DNA from: Pelomyxa schiedti
Lineage: Eukaryota; Protista; Evosea
DNA length: 64,000 nt
Reading direction: 5' to 3'
NCBI GenBank assembly: GCA_020536535.1
Contig: JAHLWZ010000835.1
Coordinates: forward strand, 1 to 64,000
The position numbers and the translations under genes are program-made. Numbering within the stretch: position 1 is the first letter of the stretch; every line of letters begins with the position of its first letter. Positions 62,698 to 64,000 of the stretch are shown here, one piece after another. The notes under the pieces are model-generated. The model searched no databases. It was not told the DNA's origin and worked only from the letters and a program-made list of their open reading frames with translations.

Positions 62698-64000
62698 CTA
62701 CATGATAAGACATGGAGAGTGTGGTTTTGACAGCTCCCCAAAGTGCTGCAATTGCTTTACAAAACCAATGTTGGGGCACACAATAAGCCTTCTTTTCTTC
62801 ACAAAATCAAGAGCCTCTTGCCATCCAAGGTTGTTCTTGTACATTACATATGAAGTAACAATAGTAGCAGACCGGGATATACCAGCAGCACTGTGTACAT
62901 TATGATATTATTAGTGTTATTCAGGGAGGTGGGTTTTTTTTTCTTGATTTTTGTGAAGCAGGGAGAAAATGACACACCAATGAACTAGCACTGCAGTTCC
63001 AGAATCCCGGGCCTCATCAATGAACTTGTGGCATGTGCTGAAGTGCTCCAGCAGATTGGCCTCATCATGGTCCTCAACGGGAAGAATCAAATAATTAAAT
63101 ACCTAGAGAGAAATGAGAATGTAGACGAATTGTTTTAAACAAGAGAAACATTGTACCTCTGGGTAGGGTCCTTTTGTGATGGGAAGAACCGAAAGTACAT
63201 GAGTCACGTGTTTGGACTGCATTTGGTAGTTAAGGAGGTGCAGGGAAGGAAACGGAATACCAGTAAAAAGTTTTTGTTATTCCCTGCCCGGGCATTTCCT
63301 AGCCACAGGTTTGGCAGTATTTCATCTGCAACGTGTTCTTCTGTATATGGGGGGCAAGTTGCTGGCATATGAACTGGAGGTGAGAGCTAGATTTGTTGGT
63401 GATTAAGTGGAAAAATGGAAGACAAAACCTTGTTTCCAGTGAGGAATAATTGGTTAAGCTTTAGAGAAGAAATTTCTTCTGGGAGTGACTCAAGATCATT
63501 ATAGCTGGGAAAAGCATCAATTAGACGCTGTGCCACGTCTCGAGATGTAGCAATACCTCACATCCAAAAGTGTGATGCTTGTAAGTTGAGAAACAGATGG
63601 TTGGATGATAGTGATTCCGTTTTTGCTCAAAACAAGAGATTTCAAACATGGTGGATTGAGTTCAGGAAAAGATACAAAGCTGTTATCGCTGTTGGGGTAT
63701 TAGAGAAGGTGATATGTTTCTTCCTACCTTGCAGAAAGTGAAGTGAGACTGCCTAACATCGAGATTTCTTCTGGGAAATCCCGGAGGCGATTGGAAGTGA
63801 GGTCAAGACTACAGAATTAGCCATCAAGAAACAACAAGTTGCAATGGGTCTGTACATTTTAAGAGAGACAAGGTTTGATATATGCTGATGTGGCATGGAG
63901 AAGCCTGCGATCATATTTTCCGAGAGTTTGAGAGTTTCCAAAGTTCCCAGGTGATATAAACACGAGGGAACGATAGTGAATTTATTATCGGACAAGTTTA
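62698..64000 (-). CDS. LRR + dual-specificity protein phosphatase with C-terminal CaaX (5' truncated by window)
   Basis: LRRs (LSDNKFTIVP, LKLSENMI); EILPNLWLG, VLVHCAAGISRSATIV and CPNIGFVKQL; ends ..SPCLIM* (TAG 62698-62700). Confidence 0.9.

Overview
Gene-dense eukaryotic nuclear DNA. Intergenic gaps are often 35-350 bp, and there are many tiny spliceosomal introns (mostly ~35-60 nt) with very degenerate donor sites, so the six-frame ORFs are exon fragments. The gene content (Roco kinase, pseudokinase-Sel1, LRR phosphatase, archaeal-type radical SAM and PAC2) suggests an amoebozoan, possibly an anaerobic Archamoeba such as Pelomyxa; this is inference. About 21 genes were reconstructed by hand: radical SAM, Roco, ZNHIT2, HPS6-like, a one-exon-per-repeat LRR protein, a membrane protein, a ~4,000-aa DUF3638/DUF3645 ATPase, a UBZ/C2H2/RING E3, PAC2 with HbYX tail, UVSSA, a low-complexity ORF, two RRM+CXC proteins flanking a disrupted PI3K, an ABHD17-like pseudoenzyme with SAM domain, GH78 rhamnosidase, pseudokinase-Sel1, two EF-hand sensors, a sugar transporter and a partial LRR-DSP. 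The strongest candidate for a new system is the giant SecA-like SF2 ATPase carrying NZF, UBA, AZUL and EF-hand modules, directly followed by a RING E3 and a proteasome chaperone. Also notable are the 69-nt phase-1 LRR exon array and recurrent weak GC-AG introns. No rRNA, tRNA or CRISPR array was recognised. Domain calls come from motif recognition by eye, not database searches.
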